From an uncultured delta proteobacterium (GTDB taxonomy: Bacteria; Desulfobacterota; Desulfomonilia; UBA1062): 64,000 bases of DNA. The position numbers and the translations under genes are program-made. The notes beneath the pieces were generated by a model. The model had not been told where the DNA came from. It saw nothing but the letters and a program-made list of their open reading frames with translations, and did not search any database. Shown here piece by piece: positions 19,018-31,282 of this stretch. Positions within the stretch are counted from its first letter, which is position 1. Each line of letters opens with the position of its first letter. Location of the stretch: contig CAWAUM010000001.1 in assembly GCA_963785235.1 (NCBI GenBank), positions 672,001 to 736,000 on the forward strand. Direction: 5' to 3'.

Positions 19018-20652
19018 ATGACGTTAAGGAGAGTTATTCAGGCTGCAAGCTTTGTATTTTTCCTGGTTCTTCTGTGGTATGCGGCCTTTCCCCTGGTATT
19101 GCCGGTGCCGGTGGATCTCTTTCTCAGGATGGACCCGCTCATTTTATTTACCTTCATCATTACTACCTGGGGGTTTATAGCCCTGCTACTGCCTGGTGTT
19201 GCAGTCGTAGTACTTACCCTTGTTTTCGGAAGGTTCTTCTGCTCCATGGTATGCCCGCTCGGAACCTCTATTGATATATCGGACAGATTAATCAGGGGTA
19301 CAAAGACAATTGAGAGGGAAAGCACATCACATAAGGAGAGATGGAAGCTCATTAAATACCTTGTCTTCCTGTTTATCCTGGGTGCCGCCCTTCTCAGGGT
19401 ATCACTGGCTGCTTATGGCGCCCCCATACCCATCATTACGCGGTTTTACGCCCTGCTGGTCTATCCCGTATTCACCCTCATTGCAGATGCAGGTTTCACG
19501 ATTATCAGGCCTATTGCTGACAAGGCTGGTATCGCATCGCTCGCTTATGCCGACCTTTTAAACCCGGTGTTTGCCATGCAGTGGTTTATCATTGTCCTGC
19601 CGGGGGTGATAGTTGCATCAGCCTTCTGGGCGCCACGCTTCTGGTGCCGCTACCTGTGCCCGTCAGGGGCGATATTCGCGCTCTTTTCCATGCGGCCCCT
19701 TCTCATCAGGCGACGCGTAAGCAGGCAATGCACATCCTGCGGGCTGTGCAGGAAAGGGTGTCCCATGGATGCAATTGCCGAGGACCCACATGCCACAGAT
19801 TTTGCCGAGTGCATTGTCTGCAGGAGATGTTCTGATATCTGCCCCGAAGATGCTGTGCGTTTTACTTCCAATAAAGGGGATATGGCTCAGCGTGTTATAC
19901 GGTTTTCCGCGAACAGAAGGGCGCTCATCGGCTCAGCCCTGTCAGGTCTTCTGGCAGCATTGATTGTCCGAGCCGGGCTCAAGGGCATGGCATGCGAAGG
20001 CGGCCCGGGCCGGATCATGGATTCAATGCTGATCAGGCCGCCCGGCGCTGTCCCTGAGTGTTTTTTTCTGGATAAATGTGTCGGGTGCGGCGAGTGCATG
20101 AAGGCATGCCCAACAAACACGCTGCAGCCTTCAGGTATGGCAGCAGGGCTTGCCGGGTTCTTCAGCCCGGTCGTTATTCCCCGCAGAGGCCCGTGCGATC
20201 CCACCTGTAACGCCTGCGGGCATGTGTGTCCGACAGAGGCCATCCGGCCGCTGTCCATGGAAGAAAAGAGATATGCCAAGATCGGCACGGCATCCATTAT
20301 GCGTCAGAGGTGCATTGCCTGGGAATATGGCAGGCCATGCCTGATCTGCGACGAGGTCTGCCCTTACGGCGCCATCAGCCTGCAACAGGTAAGCGGCTTA
20401 GAGGTAGGAGTACCCTATGTGGAAGAGAGCAGGTGCAATGGATGCGGATTCTGTGAATACTACTGTCCTGTGCAGGCAAAGGCCGCCATTGTGGTGGAGC
20501 CCATGGATGCCATACGACTGGATAAGGGATCGTACCGCGACAAGGGCAAGCAAATCGGGCTTGCTATCGAACCCAAGCAGCAGGGTAAGCCTGAATCGCC
20601 TGAGAAGCCCAAGGAGCCTGAAGATGTACTGCCACCCGGGTTCACTGAGTGA
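19018..20652 (+). CDS. Membrane polyferredoxin (NapH/MauN-like fused to NapG/MauM-like)
   Basis: GRFFCSMVCPLG, RFWCRYLCPSG, IRPPGA, many CxxCxxCxxxCP motifs. Confidence 0.88.
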   Translation: MTLRRVIQAASFVFFLVLLWYAAFPLVLPVPVDLFLRMDPLILFTFIITTWGFIALLLPGVAVVVLTLVFGRFFCSMVCPLGTSIDISDRLIRGTKTIERESTSHKERWKLIKYLVFLFILGAALLRVSLAAYGAPIPIITRFYALLVYPVFTLIADAGFTIIRPIADKAGIASLAYADLLNPVFAMQWFIIVLPGVIVASAFWAPRFWCRYLCPSGAIFALFSMRPLLIRRRVSRQCTSCGLCRKGCPMDAIAEDPHATDFAECIVCRRCSDICPEDAVRFTSNKGDMAQRVIRFSANRRALIGSALSGLLAALIVRAGLKGMACEGGPGRIMDSMLIRPPGAVPECFFLDKCVGCGECMKACPTNTLQPSGMAAGLAGFFSPVVIPRRGPCDPTCNACGHVCPTEAIRPLSMEEKRYAKIGTASIMRQRCIAWEYGRPCLICDEVCPYGAISLQQVSGLEVGVPYVEESRCNGCGFCEYYCPVQAKAAIVVEPMDAIRLDKGSYRDKGKQIGLAIEPKQQGKPESPEKPKEPEDVLPPGFTE

Positions 20653-20663
20653 GGATAGGGCAC

Positions 20664-20718
20664 GAAGGATTTGAACGGATCAGGTTTTACGCTTCTTAAA
20701 CGTAAAAATCAGGGTCAT
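20664..20718 (+). repeat. Partial copy (A) of long-hairpin intergenic repeat
   Basis: GAAGGATTTGAACGGATCAGGTTTTACGC...AAACGTAAAAATC matches the right end of the copies at 45961, 48361 and 54241. Confidence 0.65.
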
Positions 20719-20771
20719 ACGAGTTATATGATAGTTCCCAAGATGAGCCCAATGCCGTATAATAGCGAATA

Positions 20772-22184
20772 ATGGAAGCGACAAGAGAATCTATCCATTT
20801 TCGCATACTGTACAGCATTACTTTTGTCTTTGTCATCGTACTCACGCAACTGAGTGCATGCCAGCCGAAGATCATATATAAGTATAATTACTACAGTGTA
20901 CCTGCACTCGCCCCTGGGACGAGTCCTGAGATGAATACCGCCGGGTTCTGGATCGGCCGTCATCCTGATCCTGATGATGTTATCATGGCAGAGCAGGATA
21001 TTACCGACTTTAATGCATATATCGTAAAGAAGACAAAGGCTGTTCGTGATGTACTCCAACTCTCGCTGTCTCGTGACGGTAGGGCACTGGGCGGGTCGTT
21101 ACGGAACATGCTTGCCCAGAATCAGGGCTATATGGACAGCAGCGGGGTTGTCATGACCAAGGACTTCATCAGTCACATGGAGGTCCTCATGGGTATTGAT
21201 CAGATCCCGCCATCCATCACTGCACGTTTTGCATATGTGGTCCGGCCTACCGACCAGAGGCTGCTGCCTACGGCAAAGCCGTTTTACAAGAGCGCCACTG
21301 ACACTGCAATCGACAGGCTCCAGAATAATGCCCTTGATGCTGCAACACCTGTTCTTGTACTTACGGAGAGCACCGACCGTGCATGGGTTTATGTCATATC
21401 ACCCAACTCCGAAGGATGGGTACCCTCGGCTAATGTTGCCTTGTGCCCCAAAGAGGAGATGGAGCGATATGAGGCGAGCTCGGACTTTGTCGTGAGTACT
21501 GATGCCAAGACCGACATCTATAAAGACCCCTGGCTCAGACAACACCTTGCCTACATTCACATGGGTATCAGGCTCCCTCTTGTCCGGCAATGGGATAACG
21601 GTATCATCCAGGTCCTTGTCCCGGTCCGCACCCAAGAAGGGGGGTGTACGTTTGAAGCCGCTTATGTCGCAGCTTCACAGGTCCACCGGGGCTTTCTTTC
21701 CTACACCCCGCGCAACGCCATAAGCCAGGCCTTCAAGCTGCTTAATGCCCCTTACGGGTGGGGCGGCATGTACGGTGAGCAGGATTGCTCCCGTTTTATC
21801 CAGGAGGTCTTCGCCACTATGGGCATAACGCTGCCCAGGAATTCCTCCCAGCAGGGCAAGGTGGGTAAGCTCATGGCGAATTTCACCAAGGCAAACCCTC
21901 AAAACGACCGCCTGGGTATACTCGAAGGCTCCGTGGTGGCAGGCATTACAACACTCCAGTTCCCAGGACATATCATGCTTTTTATCGGCTCATTCGATGG
22001 GATGCCGTATGCCATACATGACCTCTACGCATACACCGAGCCTGCCCAGCCTGACGAAAGGCTTGTCCCTATCAATCGTGTGGTGGTGAGCAGCCTGGCC
22101 ATCGGGGATGGTACGAAAAAAGGCTCGCTCCTCATGCGCCTTGGAGCGGTGAGAGAGGTATCTGCTGAGCCCCCGCCGAACTGA
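20772..22184 (+). CDS. SH3 plus NlpC/P60 peptidoglycan endopeptidase lipoprotein
   Basis: LSAC lipobox-like; PYGWGG..QDCSRF; LPRNS; GHIML. Confidence 0.88.
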   Translation: MEATRESIHFRILYSITFVFVIVLTQLSACQPKIIYKYNYYSVPALAPGTSPEMNTAGFWIGRHPDPDDVIMAEQDITDFNAYIVKKTKAVRDVLQLSLSRDGRALGGSLRNMLAQNQGYMDSSGVVMTKDFISHMEVLMGIDQIPPSITARFAYVVRPTDQRLLPTAKPFYKSATDTAIDRLQNNALDAATPVLVLTESTDRAWVYVISPNSEGWVPSANVALCPKEEMERYEASSDFVVSTDAKTDIYKDPWLRQHLAYIHMGIRLPLVRQWDNGIIQVLVPVRTQEGGCTFEAAYVAASQVHRGFLSYTPRNAISQAFKLLNAPYGWGGMYGEQDCSRFIQEVFATMGITLPRNSSQQGKVGKLMANFTKANPQNDRLGILEGSVVAGITTLQFPGHIMLFIGSFDGMPYAIHDLYAYTEPAQPDERLVPINRVVVSSLAIGDGTKKGSLLMRLGAVREVSAEPPPN

Positions 22185-22274
22185 TTGATTTTTGCCGGTC
22201 TTTATATCCCCACTGGTTTTATTGCTGCCCGGACTTATACTAATAAGCAACACATGCATTGATGGAGAGGGCTT

Positions 22275-22856
22275 GTGAACAACCTTATCGTATATGTACA
22301 TCCGAACCCGGCGAGCTTTAACCATGCCATTATGGAGACATATGCCGCGGAATTGAGGGCGTACGGCCATGAGGTGCGCATACGTGACCTGTATGCTTTA
22401 GGTTTCAATCCGGTAATAACGCTGGCGGACTATGACATGGTCGACCGGGGAGAGCCCCCTGAAGACATCAGGCAGGAGCAGGATCACATCCAATGGGCCG
22501 ATATTGTGTCCTTTATCTCCCCTATCTTCTGGGCAGGCATGCCTGCGATGCTCAAGGGATACGTGGACAAGGTATTTTCACTGGGCTTTGCCTATTCCTT
22601 CCAGGGGGACAGGCCCAAGGGACTGCTTCGGGGCAAGAAGGCCGTCATCCTCAATTCCACAGGCGGCAGCCTCATGTATCACAGGAAGTCAGGCATGCTC
22701 GACAGCATCAGAACGACAATCGACGGCGGGATATTCAGGTTTTGCGGCATTGAGGTGCTGGAACACCGGTTTTTCATGGGGGTTCCCATTGCCACCCCTG
22801 CCGAGAGGGAAAGGATGCTGGCCGAGGTGAGGGATATCGTCCGGTCCCTGCGTTAA
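22275..22856 (+). CDS. NAD(P)H:quinone oxidoreductase (flavodoxin_2 fold)
   Basis: HPNPASFN, RDLY, PIFWAGMPAMLKGYVDKV. Confidence 0.9.
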   Translation: MNNLIVYVHPNPASFNHAIMETYAAELRAYGHEVRIRDLYALGFNPVITLADYDMVDRGEPPEDIRQEQDHIQWADIVSFISPIFWAGMPAMLKGYVDKVFSLGFAYSFQGDRPKGLLRGKKAVILNSTGGSLMYHRKSGMLDSIRTTIDGGIFRFCGIEVLEHRFFMGVPIATPAERERMLAEVRDIVRSLR

Positions 22857-22975
22857 GGAGCTCATGGAACGGGCTGCTGTGGGCATTGACTGTTTAGCAA
22901 TACAGGCTTATTATTCTTATAGAATCTGGATCCATTCATTTGCCTGAACAACGAAGTTTTGGGAGGCGGCCCTCA

Positions 22976-25900
22976 ATGAGCGGGAAAAAGGGGGAATCAA
23001 CGCAGGATATCAAGAAAGGCACCCAAGGGCTTCAGGATGAAATCAAGGCAATGCATTCAGAGATTAAGTCGTTGAAAAAGGATCTTGCCGGCCACGAGAA
23101 ACTGAGCACGAATCTGAAGGAAACCCGGGAACTCTTTGATACCCTCACCTCGAACATGCTCGACGGCCTGATTGTAATTGACTGGGACGGCAATATCCTG
23201 TTTGCCAATAAGGCTGTGTATCGGATCGTAGGTCTCAAGCCCAAGAGATCATCAAGAGGCTTAAACATAGTCCAATTCCTTCACCCTGATGACCTTCAGA
23301 AGGCACTCGAAATCCAAATGCTTGTCAAGGCCGGAAAGGCAGGTTCTCTCAATCAATACAGGATCATAACGCATAAGCAAGACCAGAAGTGGATTGAAGC
23401 CATCGGACAACGTGTATCTTTTGGCGGCCAGGATGCAAGCCTGGTAACATTCCGTGACATCACCGAGCGAAAAAAATGGAAGAACTGCTCCAACTGTCTG
23501 AGAAAAAATTCTCTGAGGCCTTCCTCTCAAGCCCTGACTCCATGGTGATATCCGACCCTGCTACAGGAAGGATTATCGATGCCAACAAGGCCATAGAAAA
23601 ATGGTCAGGGTATAAACGCAACGAGCTTATCGGGAAGACTACCCTGGATATCAAGCTATGGGCAAACCAGAGTGACCGGGAGCAATTCATAAAGAGTCTT
23701 TCTGCCAGAGACTCAATCGGGAGCTCTCAGGTGAAACTTGCCAGGAAAGACGGCCAGGAAAGGGATGTTTTCCTCTCGGCACGTCTTATTGAGATCGGGG
23801 ACAAGACGTACATTCTCTCCCTGGCCCGCGACATCACCGAACAGAAGAAGGTGGAAAAGGACCTTAAAGAGAGCGAAGAGCGTTTCCGGGCCCTCCACGA
23901 AGCGTCATTCGGCGGCATAGGCATTCATGACAAGGGTATTATTCTGGACTGCAACCATGGCCTTGTCCATATCACCGGCTACTCAATGGATGAGCTTATC
24001 GGTATGAACGGGCTTGATCTCATCGCACCCAAATGGCGCGAGCTTGTAATGCAAAATATCGTTTCAGGGTATGAAAAAACCTACGATGTGGAAGGTGTGC
24101 GAAAAGACGGTACGACCTATCCATTGGAGATCATTGGCAAGAGCATTCCCTATCATGGCCGGACTGTAAGGGTGACCGAATTCAGGGACTTCACCGGGCG
24201 CGTACAGGAGCAAGAGGCCTTGCGTGAGAGCGAGGACCGCTACCGGAAGATCGTTGCGGCAATTACGGATTATATCTACACCGTCCATGTTGAAGGAGGC
24301 CGTGCGGTCTCTACGGAGCACAGCCCTGCATGCGAGGCCGTGACAGGATACAGGGTGGATGAATTCAATGCTGATCCGTTTCTCTGGTTAACTATGGTTG
24401 TGGAGGATGACCGGGAGCAGGTGCGGGAATATTTCAACCAGGTCCTTATGGATAGGCATGTCGGGCCTATCGAGCACCGCATTTATCACAAGGATGGCTC
24501 AGTGCGCTGGGTTTCCAATATGCCTGTGGTCCACCGGGACGAAGCAGGGGCCATTATTTCATACGATGGGGTGTTGAGTGATATCACCCAGCGGAAAAAG
24601 GCAGAAGAGGCCATCAGGCAGCGGCAGGCCAAGCTGGACAGTATCTTCCGGGCTGCACCCACAGGCATCGGGGTTGTGGCTGACCGGATCCTCTTGGAGG
24701 TCAATGACCGCATCTGTGAGATGACAGGCTATTCACGCGAAGAACTGGTGGGAAAACCGGCCCGCATCTTCTATCCGACCCAGGAAGACTCGGATTATGT
24801 GGGTTCTGAGAAATATCGACAGATAAGGGACAAGGGCACCGGCACTGTAGAGACACACTGGAAAAAAAAGGACGGCACCATCATCGACATCCTGTTGAGT
24901 TCTACCCCCATCATGCCGGGGGACCTCCTGGCAGGGGTAACGTTCACTGCCCTGGACATCACTGAGCGAAAACGTGCAGAAGAGGCCCTGCGCGAATCAC
25001 AGCAGATGCTGCGCCTGGTGCTGGACACTATTCCGGTGCGGGTTTTCTGGAAAGACAAAGATTCGAACTACCTGGGCTGTAACCGTCAATTTGCCGGTGA
25101 TGCCGGACTGGCATCCACTGAAGAGGTCATAGGCAAGAACGATTTTGATTTAAGCTGGTCGGAACAGGCTGATCTCTATCGCGGGTATGACCATGAGGTT
25201 ATCAGCACCGGGGAACCGAAACTCAATTATGTCCAGCCTGAAACACGCTCGGACGGTTCTCTGGTTTGGCAGCGGACGAGTAAAGTCCCTCTCCTTGATG
25301 CAAGGGGAGAAACCAAAGGTGTACTGGGTATCTATGAAGATATCACCCAGAGTAAACGCATTGATGAGGCCCTGAAAGAAAGCGAGGAACGCTACCGCCT
25401 CATGGCCGAGCTGACAGGTAAGCTCGTGTATGACTTAGATGTCCCAACAGGTCACATCACCTGGCATGGGGCCATATCGCAGATTACCGGCTATAGCCCT
25501 GAGGAGTTTGGGGCAGTGGATATAAAGGCGTTCAACGAGATGATCCATCCTGAGGACCGCACTGAGGTGATTGTAATTCTTGAGGCGGCCCTGAAGGAGT
25601 GTGGCCCATATAATGCCGAGTACTGTCTGCGGAGAAAGGACGGCTCGAATATTTTTGTGGAGGACCGCGGCGTTTTCCTCCCTGATGACAAAGGCAGGGC
25701 AATCCGCATGCTGGGCAGCCTGGGCGACATCTCTGTGCGCAAGCAGGCTGAAGAGGCGATACGCGAGGCAGAGAAGCGATACCGCACCCTTTTCGAGAGT
25801 GCCAATGATGCAATCTTTATTATGAGTGAGGACAGGTTCATCGAGTGCAACCAGATGACGCTGAACATGTTCGGGTGTGACAGCAAGGATGACATCTTCG

Positions 25901-28072
25901 GTTGCAGGCCGTGGGAATTCAGCCCCATTGAGCAGCCTGATGGAAGGGCTTCCACGGAAAAAGCACTGGAATTCATCAACGCCGCCTTTGATGGAACGCC
26001 CCAGCATTTTTACTGGAAACATGCCCGAAAGGACGGGACACCTTTTGACGCCGAGGTCACTTTGAACCGGATTGAACTGGGGGACCAGCCGTACCTCCAG
26101 GCCCTGGTAAGGGATATCACCGAGCGAATGAAGGCCGAGGAGGCGTTACGCCAAAAAACAGAGGAACTGGACCGCTTCTTCAACATCACCTTGGATCTGC
26201 TCTGCATAGCGGATACCGAAGGCAATTTCCGGCATTTGAATAAGGCCTGGGAAAAGACGCTGGACTATACACTTGATGAGCTTAAGACCAGGCGTTTCTT
26301 TGATTTCATCCATCCTGACGATATCCAGAGCACCAAAGATGTAGTGGCGACACTGGCCTCCCAGAAAGAGGTGGTCAATTTCGTCAATCGCTACCGGCAC
26401 AAGGATGGTACCTATCGGTTTCTCGAATGGCGATCTGCGCCCTCAGGCAACTTGATCTATGCTGCAGCCCGTGACATTACCGAACGCAAGGAAGCGGAAG
26501 AGGCACTGAGAGAGAGCGAGGAGCGTTTCCGCTCATTGATCCAGAGCTCCACGGACATCATCGTTATCCTGGATGAGAATGGATTAATCACCTATGAGTC
26601 CCCGTCCATGGAACAGGTCCTGAAATATCCGGCCGGGGAAATGATCGGCAAGAGCCCCCTTGATTATATACATCCTGAGGATGTCGGGACAGTGGTAACC
26701 GCATTGGCCGAGGTCTTTGAGGAACTCAACCCTGGTATTCCTACGGAATTCCGCTTTCAAAGGGCAGACGGCACCTGGGTGCACCTGGAGGCTATCGGGA
26801 ATAACCTTATAAATTATCCCGGCATCAACGGTGTCGTCATTACTGCCCGTGATATAACCGAGCGCAAGAAGGCAGAAGAACAGAAGCTCGATATGGAGCG
26901 CCGCATGCTCCATGCCCAGAAACTTGAAAGCTTAGGGGTCATGGCAGGCGGCATTGCACACGACTTCAACAATCTCCTCATGGCGATTCTCGGCAACTTG
27001 GATCTTGCCCGGCTTGACCTCTCGCCGGTTTCACGTTCCAGGCCCTTCATCGATCAGGCCCTGAAGGCCGGCCGGAGGGCTGCAGACCTCACGAACCAGA
27101 TGCTTGCGTATTCAGGTAAGGGCAGGTTCGATCTGAAGCCGTTCGACCTGAGCGAGCTTGTACAGGAGATGGCGCACCTGCTTAAGGCTTCCATCTCCAA
27201 GACCGTTACCCTTAACCTCCAGATGGAGGGTAACCTCCCGTCCATTGTGGCCGATCCGAGCCAGATCCAGCAGATCATCATGAACCTTATCGTGAATGCA
27301 TCAGAGGCCGTTGGCGACCATCCCGGAGTCGTAACCATTACTACAGGCGCCTTGGAATGCGACCAGGATTACCTGCAGGACAGCCGTCTCAAGGAGAAGC
27401 CGAATCCCGGCACCTATGTATTCTTCGAGGTCAGGGATACGGGGTGCGGTATGGACGAAGAAACCAAAGATCGCCTCTTTGATCCGTTCTTCACTACCAA
27501 ATTTACGGGCCGCGGCCTGGGCATGGCCGCAGTCCTGGGTATTGTGAGCGGGCACAAGGGCGCCATTATGGTGGAGTCCGAACCCGGCGAAGGAGCAACC
27601 ATCAGGGTAATGTTTCCGGCATTGCAGGGCAAGGGAACCCTTAAAGGGGTAAGAACCAGTGTATCCATAAAGGAGCCTGAGAAGGCGGCAGAAGCACTTG
27701 CCTCAGGCATGGTCCTCATAGCAGACGATGAGGATATGGTGCTGGACCTCTGCCGGTCCATGGTTGAGCGGCTGGGGTACAAGGTGATCACGGCCAAAGA
27801 TGGAGAAGAAGCAGTCAAGATCTTCCATGAGCAGGCTGATGGAGATCGTCTGCGTTATCTTGGACCTCACCATGCCTAAATTGGATGGTCTGGCGGCCTA
27901 TGATGAGCTCCGGCGCATCAAGCCGGATGTAAAGGTGATCATCAGCAGCGGCTATGACGAACAGGAGACTATCGATCGCTTTGCCGGCAAGGGCCTTGCA
28001 GGAATCATCAAGAAGCCTTACGAGTTTTCAAGTCTCGGTGCTGAGTTGACCAGGGTGCTGAAGGATCTTTAG
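22976..28072 (+). CDS. Cytoplasmic hybrid histidine kinase with 10 PAS domains and a receiver (frameshifts near 23475 and 27840)
   Basis: Repeated PAS/DITERK blocks; AGGIAHDFNN H-box; PFFTTK, GRGLG; receiver DDE...LDLTMP..SSGY..KP. Confidence 0.9.
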
Positions 28073-28118
28073 AAAACAAGGCATAATACCTTTCGCATGA
28101 CTCTTCCTTACAATCAAT

Positions 28119-28258
28119 GGATTTTGTACTTGAGATGCGTAAAATACTTGATCCGTTAAAAACCTGCATCTTGCAGCATTTGCTCTATGCTTATTCTGTG
28201 AACCTGAAAGCTGCAAGATGCAGGTTTTGAACGGACCTAATTTTAAAACAATCTCATG
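28119..28258 (-). repeat. Long-hairpin intergenic repeat, copy B
   Basis: Arms 28152-28177 and 28210-28235 (25 of 26 complementary); small hairpin on the left. Confidence 0.8.
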
Positions 28259-28426
28259 CTCACTAGGAGTGTTATCCTTGATACACACTGAAAGGCATGC
28301 GGGACAAAGTACATATAGGTGCATACAGGGGCATTGACTCCATGCCATGGGTGCTTATTATTCCTACTAAGGAATCAAGCTTCCCTTGCCCGGCAAAGGC
28401 AACACGCCTCATCAGGAGGGAGACTA

Positions 28427-28906
28427 ATGGATTTTGAGCTTAGAGAGGTCAAGGTTGTTGACCCCCAGCAAATATCATTGCAGTTAAAAGCACTTTTTGC
28501 GAGTCAGGGTCTTGCCGTTGTTTCCACGCATGAGCATGGCCAGCCCTACTGCAACCTCGTGGCGTTCGCATCATCAGAAGACCTGAATCACCTGGTCTTC
28601 GCCACGACCCGCGCCACCAGGAAATTCGCTAACATAGACGAGGACCCCAGGATTTCGCTGCTTATTGATAACCGGAGCAACCGGGTCTCGGATTTTCACG
28701 AGGCTATGGCGGTAAGTGCCATCGGCGTTGCGGAAGAGATCCTGGGTTCTGAAAAAGACAACCTGCTCAAGGTCTATCTCACAAAGCATCCCCATCTGGA
28801 AGACTTTGTCATGTCGCCCACCTGTGCACTCATGCAGGTGGAGGTGAAAAGGTATTATGTTGTGAGCAGATTCCAGCATGTCCTGGTGCTCCATATGAAG
28901 GAATGA
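28427..28906 (+). CDS. Pyridoxamine 5'-phosphate oxidase-like flavin-binding protein
   Basis: GQPYCNLVAF..FATTRATRKFAN..PRISLLIDNR. Confidence 0.85.
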   Translation: MDFELREVKVVDPQQISLQLKALFASQGLAVVSTHEHGQPYCNLVAFASSEDLNHLVFATTRATRKFANIDEDPRISLLIDNRSNRVSDFHEAMAVSAIGVAEEILGSEKDNLLKVYLTKHPHLEDFVMSPTCALMQVEVKRYYVVSRFQHVLVLHMKE

Positions 28907-31072
28907 GCCTGATCATCCCCTTAAGCAGCCTGGCGGATGTAGATCCTGCTCAGGTCGGCAGCAAGGCCTTCAGCCTGGGTGTCATCTTTCGTAACGGCAT
29001 GAGGGTGCCTGATGCCCTGTGCATTACCCATGATGCCTATGAAACCTATGTGCATTCCACGGGTCTCATGGAGCGCATATCCCTGGAACTGGGACGCAAG
29101 GATTTCCGTGATATGCGATGGGAAGAATTATGGGATGCGTCCTTGCGTATAAGGGGCATGTTCTTGAATACCGCAATGCCCGCTGCGCTGGTGAAAAAGG
29201 TGCGGGGGCCCATTGAAGATTTTTTCGGTGACAGGCCTGTTGCCGTCAGGTCTTCTGCGCCTGGAGAGGACCCCTCAACTGCATCATTTGCAGGGCTCCA
29301 TGATTCATACGTCAATGTTAAGGGCATCTACTCCATCCTTGATCATATCCGTCTCGTTTGGGCTTCTTTATGGTCTGACTCAGCCCTGCTCTACCGGAAA
29401 GAGCTTGATCTTGATGTTCATCATAGCACCATGGCGGTCATAATTCAGGAATTCATTGCAGGCCAAAAATCCGGGGTGATCTTCAGTCAGGCCCCTGCAG
29501 ATGAAGGCCATGCAATCATCGAGGCTATCTACGGCCTCAACCAGGGGTTTGTGGATGGCATAGTGGAGCCTGACAGGTGGATCATTGACCGCACCTCAGG
29601 CAGGATCATCTGCCATGAGGGCGCCTTGCGGGATAAATTAGTGAGTCCTTCGGCATCCGGGGTTTCCCTTGATGACCTGGCCCCGGAGTTCAGACAGATC
29701 CCTCCCCTCAATGAAGGAGAGATCCAGAAGATATACCATCTGGCAATGATCATGGAAGAACTTTTCGGATCGCCCCAGGATATGGAGTGGACCTTTGACG
29801 GTATGGATCTCTATACCCTCCAGTCCAGACCTATTGCAGCCTCTTTGAGCAAGACCAAAAGGGACACTAGGAACTGGTACCGAAGCATCAGCAGGAGCTT
29901 TGAGAACCTCAAGCAGCTTAAATCCAGGATAGAAGAGGAACTCATCCCCGAGATGATTGAGGCAGTAAAATCTCTTTCGAACGTTGATCACAGTAGCCTG
30001 AGCGACCATGAACTCTCCGGTGTAATCCTCGAAATGACAGCAACTTACCAGGCCTGGGAGAGGACATATTGGAAGTATTTCATTCCCGTTGCCCATGGCA
30101 TCCGCCTTTTCGGCAGGGTCTATAACGATACCGTCAGGCCCCATGACCCATACGAGTTCATGGATCTCATGAGGTCTTCGAACATGCTCAGCATTCAGAG
30201 GAATTCAGGGCTTGAGCACCTTGCCTCACTGGTAAGGCAATCCCCTGCGTTGGCTTCTGCCTTGAGATATGGCAAGGATACTTCTGCTTTTCCCCAATTT
30301 GAAAATGAGATGAAGCGCTTTATCATTACATTCGGCGATCTCTCGTGGTACTATTCTCAATACCGAGGGGAGGGAGAGGTTCTGCGGGGGCTGGTTTTAA
30401 AGCTTGCCTCCAAGCCTGTTACCGCTGAGCAGCCACGTTCCCCTTCCATGGAAGACCTTGAGGAGTATTATCTCAGCTTTTTCCCTGATGAGCGCAAAAC
30501 CTTTGCCCGGGACCTGCTCTCTCTGGCGCGTGCGAGCTATCGCCTGAGGGATGATGACAACATCTACCTCGGAAGGATAAAGGGGCGCCTTATGTCAGTA
30601 CTCGATGACGGAAGGAGACGGCTGAGAGGACGGCTGCCTGATGTGAGGGATGCAGATATTCCAAAGGCCTTGCAAGACCCGCTGTATAAACCTTCTCAAA
30701 AAGGGGAATTGAGAGATGAAACACCCAGTGCAAGTTTTACGCTGCACGTGCGGCAGCTTGTGGGGCAGCCTTCGGGCAGCGGAATTGCCATCGGTACGGC
30801 AAGGGTCATCCTGCAAGAGAGTGACCTGGCCCTGTTCAATGCTGGCGAGGTTATCGTGTGCGATGCACTGGAACCCAACATGACCTTCATCATGCCTCTG
30901 GCCTCGGGCATTGTGGAGTGCAGGGGGGGTATGCTCATCAATGGGGCCATCATCGCCAGAGAGTACGGCTCTGCCATGCGTCACCGGTGTCCCTGATGCG
31001 GTGAGCCTCATAAAAACAGGTAATACGGTAACTGTTGATGGGTATTTGGGAATTGTGATCATCAGGGACTAG
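28903..31072 (+). CDS. PEP synthase/rifampin-phosphotransferase-like protein (frameshift near 30970)
   Basis: VGSKA, AVRSSA..ED..SFAG, QDMEW, LQSRP; C-terminal swivel domain GGMLINGAIIAREYG..PCVTGV..VTVDGYLG. Confidence 0.85.
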
Positions 31073-31147
31073 TACAGAGAATAAACTGGATCCCTTGAAC
31101 GTAAAAATAATTTGAAAACAACAATTTCACCCGGTTTTGAGTTTATA

Positions 31148-31176
31148 TTGTATCACAAGGACACTAGGTGTATAAT
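31148..31176 (+). promoter_or_regulatory. sigma70 promoter
   Basis: TTGTAT-17 nt-TATAAT, about 100 nt upstream of the RRM gene. Confidence 0.65.
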
Positions 31177-31282
31177 GCTTGGAAGGTGACTTCTTCGGAG
31201 GCCTAAACGCGTCTTAGGTCAGGAACGATCAGTAGACTCCCGGTGAAGTTCAAAAGATCCACAAAAAACAGTTGGAGGTTGC

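Noticed and set aside
23460-23480. Programmed frameshift at the A-run in the kinase
   Set aside because: Cannot be distinguished from the many indel errors in the window
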